Positions 10,129 through 18,432 of a stretch of DNA of 32,000 nucleotides are shown here, piece after piece (position 1 is the stretch's first letter; every line of letters begins with the position of its first letter). The DNA lies in NCBI RefSeq assembly GCF_030055435.1, contig NZ_JASFYG010000001.1:50154-82153 (forward strand), given 5' to 3'. The translations under genes and the position numbers were made by a program. This DNA comes from Methanothermobacter sp. (lineage in GTDB: Archaea; Methanobacteriota; Methanobacteria; Methanobacteriales; Methanothermobacteraceae). The notes beneath the pieces were generated by a model that saw only the letters and a list, made by a program, of their open reading frames with translations, was not told where the DNA came from and searched no databases.

Positions 10129-10692
10129 CTACCTTGATACGTTACCCCGCACCTGGGCCTGGTCTGCGGTGAACCTGAAGGGTGAGCCTCCGCCCCCTGC
10201 TATGGAGAATGACATGAGGACACTTCCAGTGGGGTTCTTACGGTAGTCGAATGGTCCTCTGATGGTCCAGGAGTAGGTCTGGTTTCCTATGCTCAGTGTC
10301 CACCTCCCCACTTGACCTATGCCCTTGAGGTCATCCGCACCTCTCCGGGGATCACCGACACCACCCTCAATCGTGAAGCTGGTTCCGGCACTCATACGGC
10401 CGAGGTTGAAGGTTCTGCTTGACCCTGGCTGGAGAAGGAAGAAATAGTTTCCGGGATCCCCTGATATGATGTGCCTGCTTCCGCCACCAGTGGTGTTATT
10501 GGCCTCATAGATAAAGACGCTTTTTGATGGGCCTATGTTGGTTATGGTGAGCTTCACCTCAACTGTCTCATTCCCTGAAACCTTGAAGTAGGAGCTGTAT
10601 ATGTAGAGGGCTGCAACCGCTATTATTATGATGGCTGCAAAAAGAAGTATGTACTCCGCACCCCCCTGTCCACCTCTATCCTTCATTATCAT
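10129..10692 (-). CDS. Class III signal peptide (archaeal type IV pilin-like) protein
   Basis: The N-terminus [32 protein letters not shown] has a basic residue, G, a QxxxEY motif and a hydrophobic helix, typical of archaeal prepilin-peptidase substrates (DUF361-like). The remainder is Gly/Ser/Thr-rich with N-x-S/T sequons. Confidence 0.7.
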   Translation of the reverse strand: MIMKDRGGQGGAEYILLFAAIIIIAVAALYIYSSYFKVSGNETVEVKLTITNIGPSKSVFIYEANNTTGGGSRHIISGDPGNYFFLLQPGSSRTFNLGRMSAGTSFTIEGGVGDPRRGADDLKGIGQVGRWTLSIGNQTYSWTIRGPFDYRKNPTGSVLMSFSIAGGGGSPFRFTADQAQVRGNVSR

Positions 10693-10739
10693 GTAAAATA
10701 TATATTGTATGATTATTTATATAAAACTGAGGTGTGGTA
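10693..10739. promoter_or_regulatory. Compact divergent promoter region (two interleaved TATA-like boxes)
   Basis: The perfect palindrome TTTATATAAA (10716-10725) lies 23 nt upstream of the pilin-like ATG (10692) with no SD, suggesting a leaderless mRNA. AAATATATAT (about 10696-10705) lies about 25 nt upstream of the SD GAGGTG (10729-10734) of the + strand gene. Confidence 0.35.
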
Positions 10740-10979
10740 ATGGGACCCGGGGCAGCTTCTGAAACTCCGCCTGTGAGCATGGAGGTTATATTAACTGCGG
10801 TGGCCGTGACCCTTGCGGTTGCAGCGATCATCATACTCATTGTAGTTATAGGTAAACGTAAGAGGTCAAGGGAGGAAGGGGAAAAACCTCTCAGGCCAGA
10901 GGTGTCAAAGAACGAGGATATAATAGCCCAGCTCAAGGAGGAATACGGGGTTTCTGATGATGATTCAGGAGAAGATTAA
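10740..10979 (+). CDS. Small single-pass membrane protein with acidic C-terminal tail
   Basis: The TM segment is VILTAVAVTLAVAAIIILIVVIG, followed by KRKRSREEGE and an acidic tail DDDSGED. ATG 10740 lies 4-5 nt after GAGGTGT. The track start GTG 10734 lies inside the SD. Confidence 0.6.
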   Translation: MGPGAASETPPVSMEVILTAVAVTLAVAAIIILIVVIGKRKRSREEGEKPLRPEVSKNEDIIAQLKEEYGVSDDDSGED

Positions 10980-10997
10980 CAGTTAATCGGTGAACCA

Positions 10998-12206
10998 ATG
11001 AGGGTTGCGGTTCTGGGACTTGGAGCTGAGGGTTTAAGGGCAGTTGAATCATTAAAAAGAAGGGGTCACAGTGTATATGCAAGTGACATACGACATGTCC
11101 CCGTAAACATTCAGGGGGTTGACCTTGACCTTGGCTTCCATGATACAGGGAAAATAGAGGCTGCGGATGCGGTTGTAATCAGCCCATCAATGATAAAAAC
11201 TGAATTCATGGAGCGGTTCAGGGATAAACTCCTCTGCAGGGTCCTTGAGGGCCACAGGAAGCCCAAAACCATTGTGGTCACAGGGACAAATGGAAAGACC
11301 ACAACCGCCACGATGATAGCACATGTACTTGAATGTGCAGGTAAAAGGGTGCTTCTTGGCGGAAATGCTGGCGGAGGATTTGAGGGCTACACAGAACTCT
11401 TTTTAAGGGCATCAGAGGAGGAATTCGATTACCTTGTTGTGGAGGTCTGCGACATGACCCTGGAATTCGCATCAGAGTGCTTTGACATTGACCTCGTGGT
11501 CCTCACAAACCTTGGCGAGGACCACATGGACTTCCACGGCTCAATGGAGAACTACAGGAGGACGATGACAGAATTCCTGAAGGATAGGGATGCTGTGGTC
11601 GGCGCTGAAGAGTCAGACAGAGAACTCATGGCGGCCCCCCGGCTTCTCAGGACCTACAGTGAGTACACCGGGCCCCTGATGGTTGAGGGCAGCTTCAACA
11701 GGCTGAACGCAGGGGCGGCATCCGAGGCCCTAAGGTATCTGGGGGTTCCAGAGGATATCATAAGGGGGGGACTTGCCAGTTTTGAGCCTGTGAGGGGCCG
11801 TATAAGGTCCTTCATCATCAACGGGTCATCTGTCGTTGCAGGTAAAACCGACAACCCCCATGCCATTAGGGCAGTACTTTCAGAATCAGACTTCGATGTC
11901 ATGTTCATCGGGACACCCCGGAGGTCAGAGGAGTGGCGCCTCCATATCCTTGATGAGATTGCAGGGTCACCCCCCAAGGTCCTTGTGATATTTCCGGGCC
12001 TTGAGGACACGGTTGACATGGTACTGGAGTACCTTGAGGGCCTTGAAATCCCATCAGATGTAATAAAGGTTGATGACCCTGATGAAATCCCCGGGATGAT
12101 CCTTGAGTTTTCCAGGAAATACAGGAGAATCTTCGTGGGTGGAAACGGTCAGGACAGGATAACCAGGGTCCAGGAAAAACTTGATGAAATCTCCTCCTGT
12201 GAATAA
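10998..12206 (+). CDS. Mur-ligase family protein (MurD-like; probable pseudomurein peptide ligase)
   Basis: The Rossmann-like N-terminus is MRVAVLGLGAEGL and the P-loop is VVTGTNGKTTTATM. The Mur ligase middle-domain motif NLGEDHMDFHGSMENY and the C-terminal motif DNPHA are present. Confidence 0.85.
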   Translation: MRVAVLGLGAEGLRAVESLKRRGHSVYASDIRHVPVNIQGVDLDLGFHDTGKIEAADAVVISPSMIKTEFMERFRDKLLCRVLEGHRKPKTIVVTGTNGKTTTATMIAHVLECAGKRVLLGGNAGGGFEGYTELFLRASEEEFDYLVVEVCDMTLEFASECFDIDLVVLTNLGEDHMDFHGSMENYRRTMTEFLKDRDAVVGAEESDRELMAAPRLLRTYSEYTGPLMVEGSFNRLNAGAASEALRYLGVPEDIIRGGLASFEPVRGRIRSFIINGSSVVAGKTDNPHAIRAVLSESDFDVMFIGTPRRSEEWRLHILDEIAGSPPKVLVIFPGLEDTVDMVLEYLEGLEIPSDVIKVDDPDEIPGMILEFSRKYRRIFVGGNGQDRITRVQEKLDEISSCE

Positions 12207-12353
12207 GCAGCATCACATGCATAAGTGGTATATATGAATAACCCATAATAATACAGATTGGGTATTTTAATTTACCTGCTGTATCATCACAAAACTATTA
12301 CTTCATGACCATATCCTAAAACAGATTTATGGGTGCATAAATTGATCAGGAAC

Positions 12354-15350
12354 ATGAAAGTGCTTGTGCTTGGAGCTGGAAACGCTGGTAGACCCGCCGC
12401 AAGATTGCTGAGATACCTTGGAAACAGTGTTCTTGTAAATGACCTAAGGGAACTGGATGAACTGCCCCCCAAGGCCAGGAAGAGAATAGATGAAATGAAA
12501 AGGGAGGGTGTAAGGTTCAGGTTTGGGGGTCACAGGATTGAAGACATGCTCTGGGCTGATGCCGTCTTTGTATCACCCAGCATACCCCCTGATGCACCGG
12601 TACGTGGGATGCTGGGGAGTGTGGAGAAGGATCTGATCCACATAACAACCTCGGATATAGGGAGGACCCTGAACCAGCTTATAGGCATACCCATGGTGGG
12701 AGTTGCAGGTACAGACGGGAAGACAACAACCACCAACATGATAGACCACATACTTTCATCACGCTACAGGACGGTGTCATTCTCATCGATCCAGGACTCA
12801 CTTGTCATCGAGGGACTTGTTGAACTTGTGGTGAATGGTGATGTGAGTAACAGGGACATGGCCGTGTTTGAACTCCCACACGGGACCATAAGGATGGCTG
12901 ATGGCCTCGAAATAGTTGCTGGTGTTGTGACAAACCTCACACCCGACCACATGGATGAGTTCAGGGACTATGATGAATACATTGAGAGGAACTTCTCAAT
13001 AAAGAACCTCATAGCCCCAGGGGGTGTTCTGGTCCTCTGTGGAGATGACCCGGTAATCGCAGGGCTCCTGGATGACCTTGAGGTTAAAAGTATTGTCTAT
13101 GGTCTGGGTAATGAAAGGAAGGTTGAGTTCATGGACAGAACCTTCAGTGGCTCGGCAGAACCACAGGTCAGTGCAACAGACATAGACCTCATGGGTCTCG
13201 AGGGCTCGGAGTTCACACTGAAGGTATCAGAGATACCGACTGCCCTCTGCAGCACCTGCGGATCTTTAAGCTGTGAGGAACATGATGGAGTGGTCCATGT
13301 CGGCCCCCTTACAGAGAGGATAAAACTCAGGGTGCCCGGTCTCTTCAACGTGGAGAACGCCCTTGCAGCCATAACCGTTGCACTGGTACTCGGATTTGAC
13401 ATTAAGGATATCAAAAATGTATTAGAGAAATTCAGGGGTATAAAGGGTAGATTTGAATTCATAGATGAGGTTGATGGTGTGTCTGTTTATATGGACGCAG
13501 CCCACAACCCTGAGAGCATGGAGAAACTCTTTGAGGGCATTGAATTTAAGGGGAGGCTGATAATAAGCCTGGATAACCCCGACACCCTCACAGTGAGGGA
13601 TAAGTACAGGATAGGCCAGATACTTGGCGAAAAAGCCGATATACTGATTGTGAGCGGCAAGAATGAAACAACAGGCATAATTGATATGGAAGCAGCCTCT
13701 GAGGTAGAAAGGGGGGCCGGTAGAGATAAAACCATAAAGACCGAGAGCGTATATGATAGCATAAGGAGGGCCCTTGAAATCGCAGAAAAGGGGGATACGG
13801 TACTCCACCTGGGTCCCGGGGTTGTCAACGCCTATGATAATGTGAGGAATGATATTGAGAGGGCTATAGAGTCAATGAGGGACTTTATAGTTGTCCTCGG
13901 GGGCTGCGGAAATGTTGGAAGCCTCATGGCAAGGAACCTCAGGGCGAGGGGTTACCGGGTAATTGTCTCGGATCTCAAGGAAAGCACACCCCTCGAGGAT
14001 GTCTTCAGGGATGAGGGAATAGAACTTGACCTTGGGGGTCACAGCATGGAGGTCCTCAAGCGCGCTGGCACCATAGCCATCACACCAGCCCTCGAGAATA
14101 ACAGGAAGGTTCTTGACCTTATCAGGGGACTTGAAGCTGATGTTATAGGCGTTGAGGACGTCCTGAACATGTGCCCTGTTGAGAAACCCGTGGTTGGAGT
14201 CACAGGGACCAATGGAAAGACCACAACCACAGGTATTCTCAAATCCATAATGAGGGCTGCCGGAAAGACTGTGCCAGAGCACCACCTCAACATACAGGGC
14301 AACACTGAACTGGTACCGGCCCTCCAGGCAAGGCTCCCGGGGGACGTGGCAGTGGTTGAGATAGGAACATTTGGGAGGAGGGACGAGATAAGGCAATCGG
14401 CCCTTCTCGCAGGGGTCTCAGTTGGTGTCATAACCAACATATCAAGGGACCACCTTTCAGGTGGAAGGAGGTTCTCTGATTACATAGAATGTAAGAGGGA
14501 AATCATTGATACAGCTGAGGTCATGGTACTCAACGCCGATGACCCCATCGTGGCATCATTCGCAGAGGGACTGAGGGAGGAGAGAGCGGTGCTATACGGT
14601 ATTCAGAGCATGGACTCTGCCACAGTGATGCCAGAGGGGAGGGAATGCCCCAAATGTGGTAACCCACTCAAATATACGCGCAGAACCATGGGGCATATGG
14701 GGGACTACCACTGTGTCTGCGGATACAGGAGACCCCAGCCTGAGGTCATGGCACTGGAGGCATCTGCAGATGGATTCAAACTGGTGATAGGCTCCGAGAT
14801 GAGGGATGTGAAATTGAGGACACCAGGGATCTTCAATGTCTACAATGCACTGGCAGCTGCTGCCACTGCCTGGTCCCTTGGCGTGGACATGGATGATATA
14901 GTGAGGGGAATTGAGTCATTCGGTGGTGTGAGGGGAAGGTTCCAGAAACTGATGGACTCACCCCGCGTTATACTCGACTACGCCCACAACCCCGCCGGTG
15001 TGAGGGCTGTGATGCAGGAGCTTAAAGATACTGATGGGAGGCTGATAGTCGTAAACACCGTGGCATCTGAGAGCGGAATCGATGGTGATCTGGAAATTGC
15101 ATCGCTCCTTAGGGATTCCGATACGGTTATACCGGCCTCCTATGCTGCAAGGAGAGCCTCCAGTACCCTGGGTAAGAGGGTTGTCCATATAGAATCCAGC
15201 AGAAAACGTGCAGGAGGGGGGACCCTTGGAGCGAGCCGTGAACAGGTTGAGGAGGCTGTCAATAAGGCCCTTGAAATTGCAGAACCAGATGACACAGTAC
15301 TCATAATAGGTGAGGGGGGATTCAGATATGCAGAGGATTATATCAGGTAA
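12354..15350 (+). CDS. Tandem double Mur-ligase fusion protein (two complete ligase modules; module 2 MurT-like)
   Basis: Module 1: MKVLVLGAGNAG, GVAGTDGKTTTTNM, NLTPDHMDEFRDYDEY, DAAHNPES. Module 2 begins at the in-frame ATG 13875: MRDFIVVLGGCGNVG, GVTGTNGKTTTTGI, NISRDHLSGGRRFSDY, DYAHNPAG. Module 2 also carries the Cys4-type ribbon CPKCGNPLKYTRRTMGHMGDYHCVCGY (14646-14720). The track start GTG 12333 is possible; I prefer ATG 12354. Confidence 0.85.
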   Translation: MKVLVLGAGNAGRPAARLLRYLGNSVLVNDLRELDELPPKARKRIDEMKREGVRFRFGGHRIEDMLWADAVFVSPSIPPDAPVRGMLGSVEKDLIHITTSDIGRTLNQLIGIPMVGVAGTDGKTTTTNMIDHILSSRYRTVSFSSIQDSLVIEGLVELVVNGDVSNRDMAVFELPHGTIRMADGLEIVAGVVTNLTPDHMDEFRDYDEYIERNFSIKNLIAPGGVLVLCGDDPVIAGLLDDLEVKSIVYGLGNERKVEFMDRTFSGSAEPQVSATDIDLMGLEGSEFTLKVSEIPTALCSTCGSLSCEEHDGVVHVGPLTERIKLRVPGLFNVENALAAITVALVLGFDIKDIKNVLEKFRGIKGRFEFIDEVDGVSVYMDAAHNPESMEKLFEGIEFKGRLIISLDNPDTLTVRDKYRIGQILGEKADILIVSGKNETTGIIDMEAASEVERGAGRDKTIKTESVYDSIRRALEIAEKGDTVLHLGPGVVNAYDNVRNDIERAIESMRDFIVVLGGCGNVGSLMARNLRARGYRVIVSDLKESTPLEDVFRDEGIELDLGGHSMEVLKRAGTIAITPALENNRKVLDLIRGLEADVIGVEDVLNMCPVEKPVVGVTGTNGKTTTTGILKSIMRAAGKTVPEHHLNIQGNTELVPALQARLPGDVAVVEIGTFGRRDEIRQSALLAGVSVGVITNISRDHLSGGRRFSDYIECKREIIDTAEVMVLNADDPIVASFAEGLREERAVLYGIQSMDSATVMPEGRECPKCGNPLKYTRRTMGHMGDYHCVCGYRRPQPEVMALEASADGFKLVIGSEMRDVKLRTPGIFNVYNALAAAATAWSLGVDMDDIVRGIESFGGVRGRFQKLMDSPRVILDYAHNPAGVRAVMQELKDTDGRLIVVNTVASESGIDGDLEIASLLRDSDTVIPASYAARRASSTLGKRVVHIESSRKRAGGGTLGASREQVEEAVNKALEIAEPDDTVLIIGEGGFRYAEDYIR

Positions 15351-16497
15351 GCACATCATTTTACTGGTTATTTTTGCAGCCATCATAACAGCATCGGGTG
15401 CATACATCGAGGGAAGTGTTGAACCCCAGCACCCAGGGGAGATAGCTGCCATTGAGCCTGGAAGCACGGTACTGAAGGGCCAGGATGTCATCGATGAGTC
15501 CAGGGTGAGGAGCGTCCCACTCATACTCCACCCGGACTACATACTCGATGAATTCAACTACATGAACCCTGGAAACCTACTTCAGGCGGTCCTCACAGGG
15601 GCTGTGCATGTCCCTATATCTGAGATGACCTCAGGAATAGACCCCTCAGGAAGATCCACTGTGGATGGTCCTGGGGTACTGAGGGTTTCAGGGGATAAAC
15701 TGGCGGTCCAGGAGCCACCTGTCTTCCTCTGGGCCTACAAGACACCCTACACCTATGGGGTCAAGAGAAACAACGGCATTGATATAATCGAAAATGGAAG
15801 GAAGGTTAAATTTGTCCCTGCAGATAGTATAAGCAATAGCACCGTCCCCCACAGGTACAAATCCGTTAACAGGATAAAGAGGTGGCTAAAAAGGGCTGAT
15901 GAGGGCGACGAAATAGTCCTGGACTACCAGCTATCCAACTTCAGCGACGGCAGACTCCCTGTTCCACCAGGGAGGATAGAGAAACTATTTGGTGAAGAGG
16001 TTCTTGAGTACATGGAGAACTACCCCTCAGGGGCTCCTGTGATGGTGTACATGGGGCCCTACCGGAAGATCCTTGTATCATCTGCAGTGAGCTACCTGGG
16101 CTCATATCCCCAGTACGATGATAACAAGAGGGCCTTCAATGCAAGGGCATTCGCGGCGGCATGGAATGGCACGGTGATTCCACCGGGAAGTGAGGGTTCA
16201 GGTAAGGAGACAGTCAGGTTCACAGCATCAAGGGACCCCAAGGCCCCCGGAGGATACGCGTCCCACGGGTCATGTCCACCTGGAAGGGCCCTCAGGGCTG
16301 TTGTCACTGACGCAGGGATGCCACTCCCCAGGGGAATGACCTGGGAGTTCCATGCGGTTCTATTCGGCTTCAACCCGGCAACCGGGATAAAGGTCAGAAA
16401 CACAGGAAGGTACCCGGTACTCATTGAGATGTGGACGACGGGTTCAGGTGCAGGTACAACCATATACGCCAGAATCTACAGGCTTGAACCGGCATAG
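15328..16497 (+). CDS. N-terminally membrane-anchored extracytoplasmic protein, possibly VanW-like C-terminal domain
   Basis: The N-terminus MQRIISGKHIILLVIFAAIITASGAY forms a TM anchor. The C-terminal segment HGSCPPGRALRAVVTDAGM...IKVRNTGRYPVLIEMW...IYARIY loosely resembles the VanW pattern (GGGxCQ...AG then F-x-N-x-x-x-YP-hLI); this match is weak. The gene overlaps the upstream ligase gene by 23 nt. Confidence 0.75.
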   Translation: MQRIISGKHIILLVIFAAIITASGAYIEGSVEPQHPGEIAAIEPGSTVLKGQDVIDESRVRSVPLILHPDYILDEFNYMNPGNLLQAVLTGAVHVPISEMTSGIDPSGRSTVDGPGVLRVSGDKLAVQEPPVFLWAYKTPYTYGVKRNNGIDIIENGRKVKFVPADSISNSTVPHRYKSVNRIKRWLKRADEGDEIVLDYQLSNFSDGRLPVPPGRIEKLFGEEVLEYMENYPSGAPVMVYMGPYRKILVSSAVSYLGSYPQYDDNKRAFNARAFAAAWNGTVIPPGSEGSGKETVRFTASRDPKAPGGYASHGSCPPGRALRAVVTDAGMPLPRGMTWEFHAVLFGFNPATGIKVRNTGRYPVLIEMWTTGSGAGTTIYARIYRLEPA

Positions 16498-17154
16498 GTG
16501 GTGGAGTTGATCTCAGCTGTTGTTACGGCGGCAGGGAGGGGTAGCCGTATGTTCAGGGACATGCAGGAACTTGGCCTTGAGCCGGTCCACAAATTACTGC
16601 TCCCCATCGACTCAGTTACTGTAATAGAGAAAACTCTGGATTCCGTGCTCAGGGCGGGCGTGGATGAGTGTATCGTGGTCACGGGTCACCATGCAGGGGA
16701 GGTGGAGGAGGCGATAGCAGGTATGGACGTGGAGATCGTGAGGAATGATCCTCCTGATGTTCCACTCGCGGCGTCACTCCTCAATGGTGTTCTATCTGCT
16801 TCTGGCGAAATCATACTCTGCGTTGCCGGAGATCAGCCTGCAGTATCCCCCGGGACCATGGGGAGGATCAGTGAACACGCTGACCCTGAGACGGTTTCGA
16901 TACTTGCAAGAGGGAGGAGTGGCTGGCTTGATAGCGCCGAGGGCCTCGGGATGCCCCTTGCAGCGAGCTCAGAGCTCCTTAGAAGGTACCTTCCAATGGG
17001 TGATGGAAATATAAATCCTCTGCTCCGTTTGATGGTGGATGATGGCATCAGGCTGTACGGTGTTGAGGCATCAGACCCCATTGAACTTGTGAATATAAAC
17101 CACTACAGTGATTACCTCAGAATAATGGAATATTTTGGAGTTAAAGGGGAATAG
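16498..17154 (+). CDS. MobA-like/GT-A fold nucleotidyltransferase (NTP_transf_3-like)
   Basis: The N-terminal signature AVVTAAGRGSRM is followed by a ...VAGDQP... motif. The start is ambiguous: GTG 16498, or TTG 16507 which lies 4 nt after AGGTGGTG. Confidence 0.75.
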   Translation: MVELISAVVTAAGRGSRMFRDMQELGLEPVHKLLLPIDSVTVIEKTLDSVLRAGVDECIVVTGHHAGEVEEAIAGMDVEIVRNDPPDVPLAASLLNGVLSASGEIILCVAGDQPAVSPGTMGRISEHADPETVSILARGRSGWLDSAEGLGMPLAASSELLRRYLPMGDGNINPLLRLMVDDGIRLYGVEASDPIELVNINHYSDYLRIMEYFGVKGE

Positions 17155-17209
17155 CTGGATAAAGGGTCTAAAACAGAATATAAAAGAAAAATAGGTGGAG
17201 ACCATGCAA

Positions 17210-17428
17210 CTAGAATTCTTTTTCCCCGGTCTCCTCTTCAAGAAGATCCAGTCTATCCTCAATCTCCTCGAGGAGCTTACCCACACTCCTGAGGATCTCG
17301 AGGGTGTCATAGATCCAGTTTATAACAAGTTCCTGGTCTGCCTCACTCTCATACTTCCTTATCTTCTCCTCGAGGTCAGCAACATCCTCAAGGATCCTGA
17401 AGGTCTTTGTCTCAACCACAATCATCAC
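17210..17428 (-). CDS. Small acidic coiled-coil protein, unknown function
   Basis: About 70 aa, E/D/L-rich (LEDVADLEEKIRKYESEADQE...LLEEIEDRLDLLEEE). It lies 22 nt downstream of the DUF169 gene on the same strand. The start is ambiguous among GTG 17428, ATG 17425 and GTG 17419. Confidence 0.5.
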   Translation of the reverse strand: MMIVVETKTFRILEDVADLEEKIRKYESEADQELVINWIYDTLEILRSVGKLLEEIEDRLDLLEEETGEKEF

Positions 17429-17450
17429 CCCATGATTTTATGGATTGAAC

Positions 17451-18140
17451 CTACTGGCTTATGGCCTCAAGGGCATTGACAACACACCCTATGTTTTCGC
17501 CGTTGAGCCCCACGATGAGTTCGTCGTCCCTTACACCGGCGTACTGCCTTGAACCGCTGCAGCCCATGGTTATGTTTGGTCTCTTCCTCATGTAGGGACC
17601 TGCAACTGCGTCTGCACAGAGTGACTGTATACCTGAGAAGTCTGCCTCAACGCGGCCACCCAGGGTGTAGACGAGGGCCTGTGAGATCTTCATTGCCTGG
17701 GCAGGGTTGCAGATGATGACTATGACGTCAGGGTCAAAGGTTGCATCCTCAAGGGGCGCGTATACTGCGGCGTAGAACCTGAGGTCAACTGATGGTATCT
17801 CATCAAAGGTTCTCTTGGCGGATGCAAAGCTTGCAAAGCGGCCAAGGTTGTAGTAGAACTCCCCTGTTTTGACCTTCTCTGGTGCCTCATCTATCCCGAT
17901 GGCATCTGCACCACCCTTGCATGCCTGGGCCTCTGCCGTTGCATAGAATGATTTTCCCGCAGCGGCCATCTGGACCATTTCACAGTGCCTTGCAGGTTTC
18001 TCTATTTTTTCAACACCCTCAGGAAGGTCATCCTCCCTTAGAACGAGTTTTATAGCCACCGGGGACTTTTCAAGTCCAAGGAGGGTTTTCAGTTTTTCTG
18101 ATATTTCATCATATCCATTTGTAGCGCATGCATCAACCAC
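17451..18140 (-). CDS. DUF169 (COG2043)-like protein
   Basis: 229 aa. SPVAIKLV...ARHCEMVQMAAAGKSFYATAEAQACKGGADAIGI resembles the conserved Cys-containing core of DUF169 (from memory). The GTG start lies 4 nt after the perfect SD TGAGGTGA, which overlaps the upstream stop. Confidence 0.55.
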   Translation of the reverse strand: MVDACATNGYDEISEKLKTLLGLEKSPVAIKLVLREDDLPEGVEKIEKPARHCEMVQMAAAGKSFYATAEAQACKGGADAIGIDEAPEKVKTGEFYYNLGRFASFASAKRTFDEIPSVDLRFYAAVYAPLEDATFDPDVIVIICNPAQAMKISQALVYTLGGRVEADFSGIQSLCADAVAGPYMRKRPNITMGCSGSRQYAGVRDDELIVGLNGENIGCVVNALEAISQ

Positions 18141-18149
18141 AAGATCACC

Positions 18150-18332
18150 TCAATCAATAATCTTCACGGGTTTACCGTACTGTCGTTTCTCTAGATGGCC
18201 ACAGTCTCGGCACCTGTAGATCACAAGGATGAAGTTCCCTGATTCAGGGTATGTCTCCTCCACCTCATCTGCAACACCACCGCAGACACTGCACTTCACC
18301 CTCTCTGGCTGATCCATTCTGTAGTGTATCAT
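18150..18332 (-). CDS. Small zinc-ribbon protein
   Basis: CSVCGG...(24 aa)...CRDCGH gives a CxxC...CxxC arrangement. ATG 18332 lies 5 nt after AGGTGTGG; the track start GTG 18341 lies inside that SD. Confidence 0.6.
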   Translation of the reverse strand: MIHYRMDQPERVKCSVCGGVADEVEETYPESGNFILVIYRCRDCGHLEKRQYGKPVKIID

Positions 18333-18432
18333 TAGAACCACACCTGTAATATTTATGTAAAAAAGAGTATATTAATTTCTCGGTTCTTTTATTGATTTAT
18401 CTGTCTGGTTTTCAGCTGCTCCAGCTACCCCT

